Part shown: positions 19,755 to 33,188 of the stretch, piece after piece
How the letters are laid out: every line of letters begins with the position of its first letter
Position numbering within the stretch: position 1 is the stretch's first letter
Assembly (NCBI GenBank): GCA_964187785.1
Contig: OZ076409.1
Coordinates: forward strand, 17,982,001-18,046,000
Source: Amphiscolops sp. MND2022
Lineage: Eukaryota
Length of the DNA stretch: 64,000 nt
Direction: 5' to 3'
Notes under the pieces: generated by a model
The model's input: the letters and a program-made list of their open reading frames with translations, nothing else
Database searches by the model: none
What the model was told of the DNA's origin: nothing
Position numbers and translations under genes: made by a program

Positions 19755-21136
19755 GACTCCATTTCTGGTGGTGCCATGGTTTGTGGCTGCTGCATCGGGA
19801 TCGTTTGTGGGTTTTGTGTGATGGGAATATTATTGGGGGGCGTTGTTTTAGGTGTTTTCCACCATGAGGGGCGGTTTGCCCAATTCGCTCCAGAGAAGCA
19901 GTCTTTCGTTTCGTGGCTCATTTTGCCACATGTCTCGCAGGGAGTGGATTGAGTTGGAGCGTTTGTTTTTTGGGATCGTTTGTCCCGATTGGTTTTCCTG
20001 CAGTTTCGTAGGAGGTGACCTGGGTTGCCGCACCCAAAGCATGGTCCCGTTGTTCTGGGGGGATTGTTTTGTTGCTGTTGTTGTGAACTGGGTTCGATGT
20101 TGTGGACTCCTGTGATTGAAAGGCTGTCGTTGGTAGCGAGTCCATTGAGTTCGATTTCTCGTTCCAAGTGCTGTACCATTGTCTCGTACGATTCTGTTTC
20201 TAGTCTTGCCTGGTTTAGGACCTTCTTGAGGTGTGGTGGCATTTTTGCATAGAAGGATGTTTCTATGAATCGGGGGGCGTCCTCTCCATAGGCTTCTTGT
20301 GCTAGTTTTTGGTATTGCTCCAAGAAGTCTGGGAAGGTTTGTTGGCTTGGGTTAAATGACAGATTTTCCCATTTGCACCGTACAGTTGCCACTGACTGCT
20401 GTCGGACGTATCTCCTGCGGAAGCCTGCCAGGATGTCATTCAGGTGTTCGCGTGTTGCTTCCGTCATGTTCCTGAATGTTTGTAACGCTTCGCCTCTCAG
20501 GAGGGAGTGAAAGTAATGGATCTTTTCTTCTTCAGTGATGTTCGGGTATACTTTGAGGCTTGTCTGGAAAAGGTCCTCAAAGTGCTCGAACTTGTCCGTT
20601 TTCCCGTCGAAAGTCGGCATCGTAGTGGACATGGCTTTTGGTAGCCTGGGGACGCCTGAGTTGTTTGTTGTTGCCGTTTGCAGCGATTGTAACAGTTTAT
20701 CAATGATGTCATCGGGGTACCTCTGGTTTGGAGGTGGCAGACTTGATGATCGTTGATGATTTTCTTGATGGTTCGCAGAGACTCCTGTCACCATGTTGGA
20801 ACTAACGTTCACTGAGTTGCCGATGGGTTCGGAGTTCCCTATTGATTCAGGCTCGATATCATGTCGTAGAACTGAACCTGAAGGTTCAGTGGCGGATTTT
20901 GAAAGACCATCTACTTTCGAGGCTAGATTTTCGATTAATTTCAAAATTTCTCTTTGTCCAAATTCTGCGTCTCTTAGTCTTTTGGACAGTCGATTTTCAA
21001 TCTTGTTTGAAATATCTGCGAAGTCTTGTTCAGTCAAGCAAGTATTTTCATCAGAAGCCTGGCTTGTAGACTCGACATTTTCCAAACTACTACTTGGGTC
21101 ACTCCTAAGTTTCCTTTTCTGAGATTTCTCGGGCAT
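19742..21136 (-). CDS. gag: Gag of element B, 464 aa, two CCHC knuckles; starts within the 5' LTR
   Basis: PTFDGK...FEDLF capsid-like region; CFGCGNPGHLLRNC and CETCGKMSHETKDC. Confidence 0.93.
   Translation of the reverse strand: MPEKSQKRKLRSDPSSSLENVESTSQASDENTCLTEQDFADISNKIENRLSKRLRDAEFGQREILKLIENLASKVDGLSKSATEPSGSVLRHDIEPESIGNSEPIGNSVNVSSNMVTGVSANHQENHQRSSSLPPPNQRYPDDIIDKLLQSLQTATTNNSGVPRLPKAMSTTMPTFDGKTDKFEHFEDLFQTSLKVYPNITEEEKIHYFHSLLRGEALQTFRNMTEATREHLNDILAGFRRRYVRQQSVATVRCKWENLSFNPSQQTFPDFLEQYQKLAQEAYGEDAPRFIETSFYAKMPPHLKKVLNQARLETESYETMVQHLEREIELNGLATNDSLSITGVHNIEPSSQQQQQNNPPRTTGPCFGCGNPGHLLRNCRKTNRDKRSQKTNAPTQSTPCETCGKMSHETKDCFSGANWANRPSWWKTPKTTPPNNIPITQNPQTIPMQQPQTMAPPEMESKNS
19748..19754 (-). 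promoter_or_regulatory. -1 ribosomal frameshift heptamer A AAA AAC (element B)
   Basis: Lies at the gag end; the -1 frame is continuous with pol; same heptamer in D at 59985-59991. Confidence 0.85.
20781..20793 (-). other. Primer binding site of element B (tRNA-Leu-like), inside the gag ORF
   Basis: TGGTGACAGGAGT directly after the LTR-terminal CA; first 12 nt identical in D; tRNA identity inferred. Confidence 0.8.
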
Positions 21137-22854
21137 CGTCGAAAAGTTTAGTTGATCAAACAGGTTAATTCGACTGGTTTAACTGGTGGTTGAACAAATC
21201 AAGAGTTTCCAGAACAAGCTTGTTCCAATGCAAAGATACAGTCTCAAATCCAAAGAAAACGTTCGCAAGCAAATAAAAGAGTACAATCAATAATTGAAAA
21301 CTCAAAATTCAAAGTTTTGGGAATTACAAATCAAGGTTGAGCTTTCGCGAAATCAAAATAACACTGTCCTTTTCCTTTTCCCACTTCAGGTATTTATACT
21401 TTGCGCTAGACACGCGGGATAAATCCCGCGCGTGAATTCACACTTCGTTCAGCTCGGCGTCCTTCCGAGGCAAGAAAATCCAAGTCAGGTACGCTTCCTC
21501 GGGACTCGGCTTTCGGCTTCATCTCACTTCAAAGGAAAAGTGGGAATCAACTTCCTGCCGAAGTCCCAATTCCGCGTACCTTTCTTCTTCATCTCCCGCC
21601 AATTCAAGACGCCGAACCGAAGTTAGCACTGAAATTCATGAACCTAGCTACTGAAGCGGGAAAAGGAAATGAAGTTTACATCGAAGAAAATGAAACTCTA
21701 AATAAAATAAAACTGCACTAAATTAAGAAAAATGGGAATTCGGGCATTATTATTCTCATCAACTGAACACAAAATGATCAATTTGGGTGGATTAATTCGT
21801 TGGTTAAAGTTCTGGTCGAATGCCAGGGCGGAGTGTTAAACTGAAATTTTCCGGAACACTTGACCGGATATTGAACATCATTAATCAACACAGTGGGGGG
21901 GGGTTTAACGCAACTTTAATGGCTTTAGTGAGTATTATATGCCATTCAATCAATAAACGTTCATAACAAATTAATAATCAGCACTTGTCACAATGTAGTT
22001 AATCTTTCATTCGTTCTCAACTAAGCAGTTGCCCCGGCGGTCGACCCGGGGTGGGGCTCTACCAACACAGTAATATTTGAATAAAAATACTACAAAACGA
22101 ACGAAATATTGCTCTGGTGGGGGAATCAGGATAAATTAACAATATTATCCAAGTTACACTAATAATTAATGCACAGTAATATCAACTATATTTGATCGGT
22201 TGTCCCGGTGGTTGTCCCATTTGGAAAGTAGAGTTGGGTGACCAGGCGGTTGACCTAAATAATAAAACAAATACTTTCATCCTTTAGACCCTTCATTATT
22301 TCCATCGGTTATTTATTTGTGGTTTGAGCTTCTTTTAAGCTCTGTGTTCACGATAGAATAGCACAACATGTTATACAGTAATACTATTGCTTCAGTTGTT
22401 TCAAGCGTGCGACCAGGCGTGCGACCCAGCACTCGGTCGACTGGTGAGCTGCCTGGTATTGCTGTTCAGCTAGCGCGGTGAATTTGCGCAAATCGCTGAT
22501 TGGTCCGATGAAATTGGAATGAAATTTAATCTGCTTTAGCTCCATTGTTATTGTAGCGGTAAATTGATCAGCGTGTTGGCTGAGTTAATTTCGGTCAATA
22601 TGCTGGTCGCTTTACTGTAAACAAATCACACTAATAGCACTTTAATATTATTTAAGTATTTACATATTTATGTATTTTAGGTACTGCGCTGGGTTAATAA
22701 TGTTTGTTGGATAGTTTAGATGGGTTGTTTGTTAATTGTTTCTTTCAGGGTGAATGATGTTCTTATTCGGTCCCTTTCTGGTTGATTTCTCTATTTCCTT
22801 CCTCTGGCGTTCTCCTTGTATTCGTTATTTCGCTGCTCCTAGAGGGCTGCGACA
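20794..22854 (-). repeat. 5' LTR of element B (2061 bp)
   Basis: Direct repeat of 7168-9229, followed by the PBS on the minus strand. Confidence 0.97.
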
Positions 22855-25283
22855 GTTACCAACCGTGATTAAACGCAAGCCCAACCGTCGTTGTATAAAG
22901 GCTCCAAGGAAGGCACAATCTATTGATAGCTACTCGTAGTGGAAAAAAAGTTGGAGCCCAAGACATTGTGCCAGATACAATCCCTCTATCCTGATTGATC
23001 ATTTGGAGGGCGACAATCGAAACTACTTAATCAACAAGCCAAACCTGAACCGGAGTTTGATAAAACGGAAAACGTATACAATCTGTTGGCTAATTGGTTA
23101 GGAACTGGAGGCGCCAGCATGCAAGAAAGACGAGCTTTCATGTCACGATGCAAGTAAACAAGCAACGGCATTACGTGGCGCTACATCAAAAGCTCGAAAA
23201 TAGCAAAAGGACTTCAAAGTGTCAGTAGTCTTTTTACAGTACCCAAAAAAAACAAATGGGTCGCAAAATATCACAAAAACTGGAGGGGGCCATTAGGAGA
23301 AAAAAAATCACAAGGCCAAAAAAACTGACAGGAAACTCTTTAGTGTCGCCCGGTATTGTTTGCCACGCTGAAAAAAAAAGAAAAAACCTTTTTGATTCAG
23401 TTCCCTAGCCCAAATGTTTCAATTTGACACAATAAAATTTTATTAGAACTTTGGAGAACTATTTTGGTCAGCTAGTGTGGATTTAAAAAAAGTTCACTAT
23501 AATAGTCGCGTTTTACTTCATGAAGCGCCGACTAAAAAAGGAAACTTCATTCAGTATTTGGATGCATTGGAACATCTGAAAAGCCAAGGTTTCCAAGAAC
23601 AGTCCATCACTACGAGACGTTATGAAATCTTGTATGGCTTTGTGGACTATGTTTGGCGCCGAGAAATAGCTGTCATTTACTGCCTCCCTCTGTGGAATCA
23701 CTGCCTTTTACCACATACCAACTTCGGAGACATCGTCCTCAACAGAACAAACGGCAACCATCCGATGCTCCATGTTTGCCATATTTGCCTCCGCCCACTC
23801 ATTTTAGACAGTCGAATTGGAACCTCCGATACCCCAAAGGGCTTGTTTCATTTGCGGACTATCAGTGCGTTTTGGTAGTGAGTGTCACACTCGTGACAAA
23901 GGTCGCAAGCCAACACAGTGGCAGCTCCGTATGTAACGGCACCCTGTGACCGACCAAATTTTCGACGTTTTGACAATTTTCTGAAAAATTCGTTCAAAAG
24001 TGACGTGGCCCTCAAACATAAGTTCACGGGGTACCAGTCCCGCAAAAATCATAAAGAGACAGAGCAAGCAGCTCCCGCGAGGCGGAAAAAAGAAGGGAAA
24101 TGTCAAAAAGACGTGCAAAACGTCACAGAACCGAAAAACTGTAGCCTATGCGCTAATTTCCACGGTGCCCATCATAGTTCGTGCGGAACCAGTATGTCGG
24201 AGTGATCGCAATATCAATACCCAGGGTTGTGCCAAACCCGAGTGCCAGTGCCATGCCACACAGACCCAATTCGCCGAACTGGATTTTAACTCTTATTTGA
24301 TGCATTTACCGATTTGTTTGATGAATTCTTGATCCGAGAGCTACCACTGTTATTGTTCATGTCATTTACGTTAGATTCCCATCTGGATTGTTTAATGTAG
24401 TTCTATGCAACTTAGCCCCTTTTTAACAGGCTATTTACGCAGTGGACACGAAGAAAAAGCGTATTTCATGTGACTAGTAGCAGTAACAGGCCGGAACAGG
24501 TCAGAAGGCATCCTTAGAGACGGTTCTCCCTACTCGGGACCGACATTCCTGAGGAGGACAAAATGGACTGGAGCTATGATGATTAGTCCCGAATCTTAAT
24601 CCATGGCATCAGTTCCTCCACCCTGTGTAGCGAACAAACGCTAAGCGCTTTTCATTACAGTACTTGTAGCTCAGGAAAAGTTATGCGAGCATAGGGAAAC
24701 ATTAGCGTGTGAATGCACAGGACCTTTGTTTTCTCTGAACTGTGGTATGACTGAGCATGCTGCTTCATAGTGTACGAACATGGTTATGATTGATGAGCTG
24801 AATTACCGCAGGCAGACTGAAACGGAAAAACTGCAGTGGGGCGCTCATTCTATCCCTTATGATATGGTGTTCATGCAGCTTTCAGCGCACCGAGCTGCAC
24901 TTAACGCTCCCTCGATTACAACCCGCGGAGAAAAAAGGCGCAAACCATCATAGAGCCTGCCATCATGGAAGCGGCGCAAACCATCATGGACGAGCAAACA
25001 ACCTGCTATTCTAGTTTTCGAAAATCTAAAGCTCGATGTGGATCGCCAGGGACGATCTGAAACCCGGTGTATAAGAAGATAGAGATACCACTTTCAAAGA
25101 CATACCAGGACAAGCATTGCAGAAACAGAATAACAGATACACTTGGCAAAAACCCCATTGACTGGAAAGGCCATGTAGATGGTGTTGACAAAAATCCGAT
25201 TCCAGCGTAATGCTGCACGCATTTCCAGACTTTCCGTGATTACACAGGAGGAGTATCTCTAGAACGTCAAGAGTTATGTCATC

Positions 25284-25725
25284 TGAGCTGTTAAAAATTT
25301 GTGATATAGTTCTTTTTAGGTCTTTCATGTAGTACGTAAGAAGTCTTACATTCTTAACAGCAAGTTCGTCTAGAGTATCAAGTTTACTGAATAGCTAGCT
25401 ACTTCTAATGTCTATGAGATCTCAGCTGGATACTTAGAAACCGTTTCTCAGTTAATACTCTAATTTTCTCCCAGTAGATATAGTCTACAAATTAGTCAAT
25501 GATTACAATTAGTTATATTGTCATGCTAATAGATTAATAGTGACAACAGTAAGAAGGGTAGGATAGAGTAACCATTACATTGTCACAAGTCATAAGTTAG
25601 GTTATGTCCAAATGTCAGAAGCATAGTCAACTTCAGTTGACTAGAAATGAAATGACATCTATCTCTTTGAATTAGGTTATTTCGAGGTATTTAAAAGTTT
25701 TTAAGACATGTATCATGGCATCACA
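25284..25725 (-). repeat. 3' LTR of element C (442 bp)
   Basis: Direct repeat of 42546-42999 with a 12-bp indel and scattered substitutions. Confidence 0.95.
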
Positions 25726-25984
25726 ATCAACCGGGAATTTTTGAAAATAAAATTCATTCATCTGCACTTTGGAAGTGTGGAGTTCTGAAGTGTTTTTGTC
25801 TTGCATGAAATTTTGTTCTAGAAAAGCACTGTACTTAAGGAGCGAGAACAACCTAAGACGATTTGACATCTTACATAAGTGACGATTCAAATTGGTGCTA
25901 AAGTTTCAGTTTTCTTAACTGACAGTTGCGTTCAAGTTATTGATTGACAACTTGTTCACTAGTTTATGTGATATATTAGTTTTG

Positions 25985-26185
25985 CATTTTACGTATCTGC
26001 CGTCGGCTTATTTGATAAAATACTGTACATCAGCATGAGTTCTCAAAATTGAAAGTTTTTCATGTTGAAGAAAGATTCTACGAAGTTGTCAATGAGTTGT
26101 GAATAAACAGTGGCGGGTGTTTGAACCAAGTGTGAAGAAGATTTGAAAAGTCTAGGTTCGAAGTAAAGTTCATTTTCAACAAAAG
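25985..26185 (-). pseudogene. Accessory ORF-e remnant of element C
   Basis: Codon-level homology to 5805-6005; boundaries approximate. Confidence 0.5.
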
Positions 26186-27024
26186 TGACTAGTGCACGGA
26201 TGCCAAGAATTGGTCCTTGTTCTACCGTTGAAATGTGTCAAACGTCAGAAAGCTTTTTTGTACCAAAGGTAGATGAGAAAAATTTGTTAAGAGGTGTCTT
26301 TTACATTTATGGTGTGAAAATTTGTCGAGTGAAAGTTCTGAACGAATTAAAAAATTCATTCGAATGCATTTTCATGAGGGAAAGAGAAAAATTATGAGTA
26401 CTGTAAAAATCTTAGAAAAAAATTTTATTCTATGGATAGGACTTGTGTACTGTAAAAGAAGGATGTGTAGTAGTTGTATTATAGAGTATTAAACAGAGAG
26501 CGATTATAGAGATAAATGGCGTGGTTAAAGAGCAATTATAGGAGGGGATTAGACGAGTATTAGAGCATTAATTATGGGGATTATATGATTACAATTTGTA
26601 CTACAAGATTGAAATAGACATTGATTAAAAGAATACAATATATAAGTCTATTTTAACGTTAAGAGTCTTTGAGTTAGAGTAGTTAATATAGTCCAGTTTG
26701 AGAGTTTGAAAAATTCATTCATTCATTCATTCATCTGTATTGATCAATGGAACCAGTTGGCAGTTGAAAGTGAGAAGAAGTTGCATATGTGGAGTTGACA
26801 CAGTCCAGTCGAAATGGGTGCTGCAAGAACCAGTTGAAGAAGTGAACGAAGGGTGTCGTGGACCAATCGATGAGGTGTTGAGATTGCTGCAACGCAGTGA
26901 TGAAAGGTTGCTGTTTGGTGTGAAAGAAGAGCAGTAACGATTTTCACTCAATAGCATTCATGTTGAGGAGATAAAGACTTCTATATTGAGAAGAAGAACT
27001 GTGAAGAATTTTTGTTTTGTGAGG

Positions 27025-27451
27025 TTAGTAAAGAGAATGTTGTTGTGAAGCATATACTTGATGACTTTTTGGGTCATAAACCTCGATTTTTTGGGTATAT
27101 CCAAATTCTTGAAGGACTTTATTGAAAGCTTCACAAGCTTCGTCTATGGCTACTCTCAAGTAATTATCCTTCGTCGTGAATGAGGAATTGAGAACAAATA
27201 CTGCATTTGAGGCGGTTTCACATATAGCGATTTTTGGGCCATCAAGATGGAGGCGGGCATACTGTTCAAAATTAATGTTTTTCTTTTTTATTTTGCATTC
27301 ATTATAGAGAACTTTCAGAAAGGAGCGTTGGGTAGAAGGTGTGATTTTAAAGTTTAAAGGCCATTGAATGGAATATGGCTGCTTTGAGACTATGAACAGT
27401 TGAAGTAGAAATTAATTTGGTTTGATTTGTTTTAGTATCTCGCGGAGCCAT
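27025..27451 (-). pseudogene. Accessory ORF-c of element C, frameshifted by an internal deletion
   Basis: VHSLKAAIFHSMAFKL...FEQYARLHLDGPKIAICETA...FGYTQ matches ORF 4364-4816. Confidence 0.75.
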
Positions 27452-27819
27452 TTTGTGAAGAACGATGAAGAGATGCTGTTCGAGTTGGAAGATTTGGAGT
27501 TCTGATAGTATGGCTGGATGGGTGTTGGTTTGGAGTAAAGAGGCAAAGAAGAAGGAGGAAGAAGAATAGATGTTTCTAAAACAAAGAAGTTGTCAAAAAG
27601 GTATCAAGAGTGTTCAACCTATGTTTTATACGGTTTGGTGCTAAATAATATCAAATTGGGGTGTTAATGTTTTTGTAGCTTGTTAGTGAATGTTTTGTAC
27701 TGTATGTTCTAACATTCAGAGTACGAGTCTTTTAGCGTTCAAAAGATAAGTAAAAACGTTACCTGTATTAAATTGGAAAAATGATGGTTCCAGATTGTTC
27801 CATAGAAGAAAAATGTTGA

Positions 27820-28010
27820 AATTTGTATTACGTGTATGAAGATTTAATGTAGATTAGTGGATTGAAAAAGAGTAGTTATAGATTCAAGAGCAGATTGTAT
27901 TGCTTGTGAGGATTGTGTTATACGTTGTGAGTCTAAATCAAGGGTTTGCATGAGTTTATGTGTTCTGTCATAGCAATGGATTATGTGTGTGAGAGTGGTG
28001 ATGAGAGTGT
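27820..28010 (-). pseudogene. Accessory ORF-b remnant of element C
   Basis: HCYDRTHKLMQTLDLDSQRITQSSQAIQSALE matches A 3775-3965; boundaries approximate. Confidence 0.55.
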
Positions 28011-28072
28011 CAGAGGGATTGCGTTAGTATGGGTCCAAAAAAGTGTGTGATATCTTTAAATAGTACGATTAT

Positions 28073-29151
28073 TTAGAACGGATGAAAGTTACGAATCGGT
28101 GAAGTATGTTCAGTAGTTGGTGGCTTGTGTTCTGCTTTGGGTTCAGATTGGACCATGTATGTAATAATTTTGGCTGAGATGAAGAGTAGTTCGTTGTACG
28201 AATGAGCTTGTTTAGCAAAAGCCGTATAATATGATCTATCTTTATCATTTAGTGGAGAAGAAACAAGGTGTTTGATTACTGTAAGAGGTTTGACAAGTTG
28301 TGTAGGAATATTGCAAGGTAACAGAAAATCATCGAAGTGGATGAGATATTCTTGAGGTACAATAAATGGTCTGGATGTGTCGTTGTAAGGAAGTAGACAA
28401 AAGTATTGTTTGATAAGGTCGTAGTTGCGAAGATAGCCAGGTATTTGAGAGTGATCGATTGTGTATAAATGTGTCATATTAAATGGTGATGTATATTTAT
28501 AATTGACAAAAAGATAGTCCTGTGATTTTGTGTGTTGTAGAAATTTAGTGTATGTTTGATGATGAGTGGCTTTTGTGATAGAGTGAGAAAGGAAAGATCA
28601 GATTCATCTGTTTTCAAATCGTAGATAGATGAGCGTAAAAAATTGAACTGGAGTGAGAAAGTTTTAACGCCATTGTCAAGCCAGTATTGGTATGGAGACA
28701 TGATTTTTGAGGCAATCGATGCAAAAAAATCATGGTTTTTATCGTAGAGGCGAAATGTGTAATCTGTGGGGTCCATATAAAGGGAAGTTAGTTGTGCTTT
28801 GAATGTGATATTATCTTCTGATAAAAGTGGGATCAAGTGATCATCACGAGTTGTAGAAATAGATGGTTGAGAAGGAATTTTTGAAGAGAATATAGGTGAG
28901 GAAAGAAAGACAGGATCTTTCATTATTTCATAGCGTTTTTTTGGCGGTGGCGGTACTTCATGTGTATTATCAGGAGGAGTATGAAGTTTTGAAGGTGTAG
29001 TATGTTCTATTTGTTCTACTTTTTCGGAAGGTTGAGCATTTACTTGATCAATGGGTTCAAGAAAAAGTACAGGAGAGTCATTAAAAAGAGGTTGTGTTGC
29101 GAGATCAGAAGATGATGGTTCAAGTTGAAGATCAAGATGTGCTTGTGTCAT
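28073..29151 (-). pseudogene. Accessory ORF-a of element C
   Basis: ORFs 28474-29151 and 28073-28477 are homologous to 2569-3770. Confidence 0.75.
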
Positions 29152-29377
29152 TGTAGAACAGTTGAGAAAGATAAAAAATATACTAACGAGTAGCTTTATT
29201 TTGGCTGATTTTTGATTTATGACGTGGATTGTGACCGTTGGATGTGGTGGATTGAGAACTTGAATCTGGAGATCAATCGTGAATAGTAGTTGAGAAAAGT
29301 TAGAGATGGATTAGTTGAAAAGTGATATCTAAAGGCAAGTGTTCAATATCAGTTTGGAGAGTAGAATGAAATTGAAT

Positions 29378-31900
29378 CTAGCAAGATGGTGGAGGAAAAG
29401 AATAATTTGTTTTGGAATAAACTTTGACGGGAATTTCCGTACTGTTTTTGACAGAAGTGTCATTAACTAAATTGCCATGTAAAGTGGTTAAATTGTCATG
29501 TTGATGTGAGTAATTGTCATGATGAATGTAGTGGTGGAGTAGTTAGGTAAAGGAGGATTTTGTTCTTCTGCGGGCGGAAGTACGGATGTCCTATAATTAA
29601 TTGTGGATTGAGAAAGTGGTGATCTTTTTGGAAATAATTTAAGTCTTGTCAAACGAAATTTGTAAGGACGTTTTGTACGGAAAGATGGAGGGGAAGTAAT
29701 ACAATTTGTGTTGTTGGTTGGGGTTGTTTGATTGTCAGAAAAAGGATTTGAAGTGTCAGAAAAGTATTCGTGTGATTTAGAGGTTGGGAGTGCTAATTTT
29801 GGATATTTTCGATTTTTATGGCTCAGGTCATTCGCCATATCAGCTGTGAGAATATTAAAAAATCCATGTGCTATTGAACTAAATAAAGTAATATTTTGTT
29901 TAGGATTTTGTTTAATTGAAATTGTTTTGTATAGTTTTACAAATAGTGTAAGAGTTGCTTGTACAAAAAGAAATGTAAAAAAGTATTTTGCACATTGAGT
30001 TAAAATATAACATGGATATCCAAATAGTGCAATAGAAGTGTTCCAAAATTGATCAAGTTCAGCTTTCGAATATATGCCACCGTCTTGAGCTGTGAAGGTG
30101 TTAGGGCATATTGTAGTTTTGATTTGAGATGGAGTAAACATTAATGGTGGCTTTCGTTTAATAGGTTCTGGTCCAAGAATGTGAAAATCTTGATCATCAG
30201 AATCAGGATGTAGTTCAATAATGTTCTTGGGATTGTTATCACATGCAATAGGAGTTGTATAGTCATAAGTTTGTCTTGTAATTGGATCAACGTACATAAG
30301 AGTATCTTTGAAGTGTATCGGTATACGATCAAAGCATCGATCGGCTTTGTATAAAGGAGAAAGGAAATGTGGACAACCATAAAGCCAAGCAGTTGAACCT
30401 TCAACATATAGAACATTACTTCAGTTTCCTGTCAAAAGGAAGCCAGCAAGTTGAGGATTTTGTACTGACATTGCTAGTATTGCAAGTAGTTGATTTCGTT
30501 CTAGTTCACATACAGTATGAAGAGTATTAAGTTCTTGTACTGTCTTTGAACGAAAAACATGGTTAATGTTGTAATCAATCTTTGTATTTATATGGGCATC
30601 GTAATCTATTGTGGCAAAGTTGTTAGAAACATTTAATGCAGGAAAAATAAATTTGTTATTTAAGTTGTCTCGGATAATTTTACCAGAAATGTATTGATTA
30701 ATCATGAATTGTGGATTTGGTTGTCCTGTATGCATGTTAAAACCATCTGTACAGGTTACAAAGAGGTCCGAATATTGGGTCGAAGAAAGTGGGGCATTTT
30801 GACCGCAGAAAGTTTGAGCATTTGGGAATGGGAAAAGTTCAAAACGTGAAAGACTTAGGTTGTTTGGATTTTGTGTATATGGGGCATGTAAATGTGGGTG
30901 TTTTGTTCCTATAATGCCAGAGGCTGCTTCAGGTTTTATTGAGTGGGAAGAGTGTTCAAAAGAGTCTGTTTCAATCCAATAGCGGTCTTGGATTTTGGTC
31001 ATTCAACCAATAAAGTCTTCTAGAGTAAAAATTAAACAAAAATCATCACTAAACCAAACAAGAGTGAAAAGGGTTTTAGTATTTGGTTTGCATCTGCAAA
31101 AAGTCATCTGCAAAATAGCAGGGTAAAGTATCTCCATCTATAATCATAACGTTTTCTGCGTTTTCTGTATCGTCATACGCTAGTTCAATTTCTGAAACTT
31201 CGAGTCACCAACTGACTAGATTTACTTCATATTGGTGATGAGCGGGGCAATTGTGATAAGGGTTTTGATTTGGGTCATATACCCAATTTTTGTCAGCAGG
31301 CATAAAGGTGAAAGTACCTGTATACATTTCGTTCAATTTATATACCGTAAAAGGGGTTTGAAATTGTTCCAGGCGTTCTTGGAAGTAATGATCTTTTAAA
31401 AGTGTAAATGTTTTGTTGTAATGTAAGTTATTTAATAATTTATCGTTTGTACCATTGAGGTGTCTAATAAACTTTGCATTCTAAAGGATCAAGTGTAACA
31501 GGAAGTGGCATAGTGTTCTGGTTCCATACAGTTCGATTAACACGTCTATATTTGACAGAGACTTGAAAACAAATTTTACGTTCTTTTTCGGCATAAGCGA
31601 CACATTTATAAGCTTTATTGCGTTTAGCGTTTGCCCGTACATGGACTCGATCTTTGACAGTTGCAGGTTGTATGTTTGAAGGAGCTTCTGTACGTTTTTT
31701 TTACTTTTAGTAGGTTGAATTGTCGTAAATCATGTTGTTTTGCACAGTCATAATGTGAAACCATAAGGTTGCTAGTATTGGGATGGAAGATAGTCATCTA
31801 TATTTGTTGGTGATATAGATACAGAGGTTGTAGAAGTTATTAGGTAGGAGTAAAATCCTATGTTAGTTATGTATATAAGTATATTCATGTTAAAATGAAG
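29378..31900 (-). pseudogene. env: Envelope-like glycoprotein of element C, class III fusogen-like
   Basis: N-terminal VSHYDC motif near 31750; ORFs 30421-31002 and 29488-30297 match the env of A; start position uncertain. Confidence 0.75.
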
Positions 31901-33150
31901 TTGCGTATTTAAGTCCGGAATAAGGATTATAGAACACTATTTTGCCGTATGTTAAAGAAGGGAGATTTGGATCTCGTTCGAATTCTATGAGTACAACTTC
32001 GAAGGGAGAAGGAGTTGTTTTGTGTTCTATTTTTGCAACGTGAAATACTGGATGTGGGTTAAAACCTTGAAATTTAACTTTAACTTCAAACTTTAGTTCT
32101 AGATTTGGATTTTGAGGTCTTTTAAGTTCTGTTTCCTTACGTTTGTGTAAAATTGAATCGTTATTTGTAATAAAACGTTCTGTAAGGATTGGGAAGCGAG
32201 GACCCTGTGACGTATCGTATATAGTAGTTCGTCAACACGAATAGGATGGTCTGCAAAATTAGGAGTTGGAGGTCTTGAGTGTTCTGCAGTGTAATATTCA
32301 GGTATTCTATTATGTTGAGGTATTGGAGTAGGTATCAAAACTTCAGAAAAAAGGTTTCCTGAAAGAAAAGCAGTTTGAGGGTCTGATGAAAGTAATGAAG
32401 CGGTATCTAGGCCAGATGTAAAATACGATTGTGGATCAAATTCCGAAGAAAGTGTGTCAGAAGAGAGACGTTGAGCGTGTTGTCTTGCATGTCGTAGAGC
32501 AGAATTACTGGAGAGAGCAGAAAAATTAAGTGTTGAAGTGTCTGTACTAAGTCGGCGTGAAAGGAGGTTTCGGAGGTAATATCTATGGTGTGGAACAAAA
32601 AGTCAGCTTGTGGATTCTTGTGATGGTGTGTAGTCGGAATTGTTGTCTAAAAGGTTAGATAGTGCTGTAGAAGGTTTACGAAGTGGTTTTAGAGGAGGGT
32701 AGAGTTTAGAAGAGGTTGTACTAATATTTGATGGCAATTGTAGTGGAGGCAATTGTGTATATTCTTTGTCAGGAATGTGTACTAAGTTGAGGTGGGGTTG
32801 AACTCTAACAGTTTTAACAGCAGTAGGTTGTTTGTAATTTACGTAGCGTTCAACAGATTCAGTATTTGGTATGTGTACTAAAGTAGTATTACTAGGTGAA
32901 GTTTGTGAGCGAGAAGTAATAGGAATTTCAGTATTTGGTGGTCTACTTGTAATAGATGAAGATGATACAGAGGATGTGTCAGTGATTATTGATCTTGTTC
33001 TTTTAAAGGGTGTTACAGGAATTACATTGCGACCTTGGGAAGTAGTAGTAGTTTGAAATTCAGTATTAGAAGATAAACTTGGAGCTGAAGAAGAATCCAG
33101 GGTGATAGTGTATATGTTTTCACCTAGGATAGGTTAAGTTTGAATCATTC
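31900..33150 (-). pseudogene. Decayed P/S/T-rich coding region between integrase and env (separate ORF or long env leader)
   Basis: Fragmentary ORFs 32099-32338 and 32407-32598 plus an ATG-less open stretch ~32650-33120. Confidence 0.45.
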
Positions 33151-33188
33151 TGGTCGACTAGTTTTCGTTGGGTTAGCAGAGCGAAGGG

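Larger units (their letters stand above)
7168..22854 (-). mobile_element. Element B: full-length, young Ty3/gypsy LTR retrotransposon, 15.7 kb
   Basis: TG...CA LTRs; 5-bp TSD GTTAC (7163-7167 and 22855-22859); open gag and pol in PR-RT-RH-IN order; about a dozen LTR differences by eye in ~2060 bp. Confidence 0.97.

Noticed and set aside
14422..21122. Many plus-strand ORFs of 60-160 aa opposite gag/pol of B (and likewise in D)
   Set aside because: Shadow ORFs of long coding frames with no recognisable motifs
22860..25283. Short ORFs and probable fragments of other repeats between B and C
   Set aside because: No motifs, termini or second copy in the window; cannot be assigned without a database
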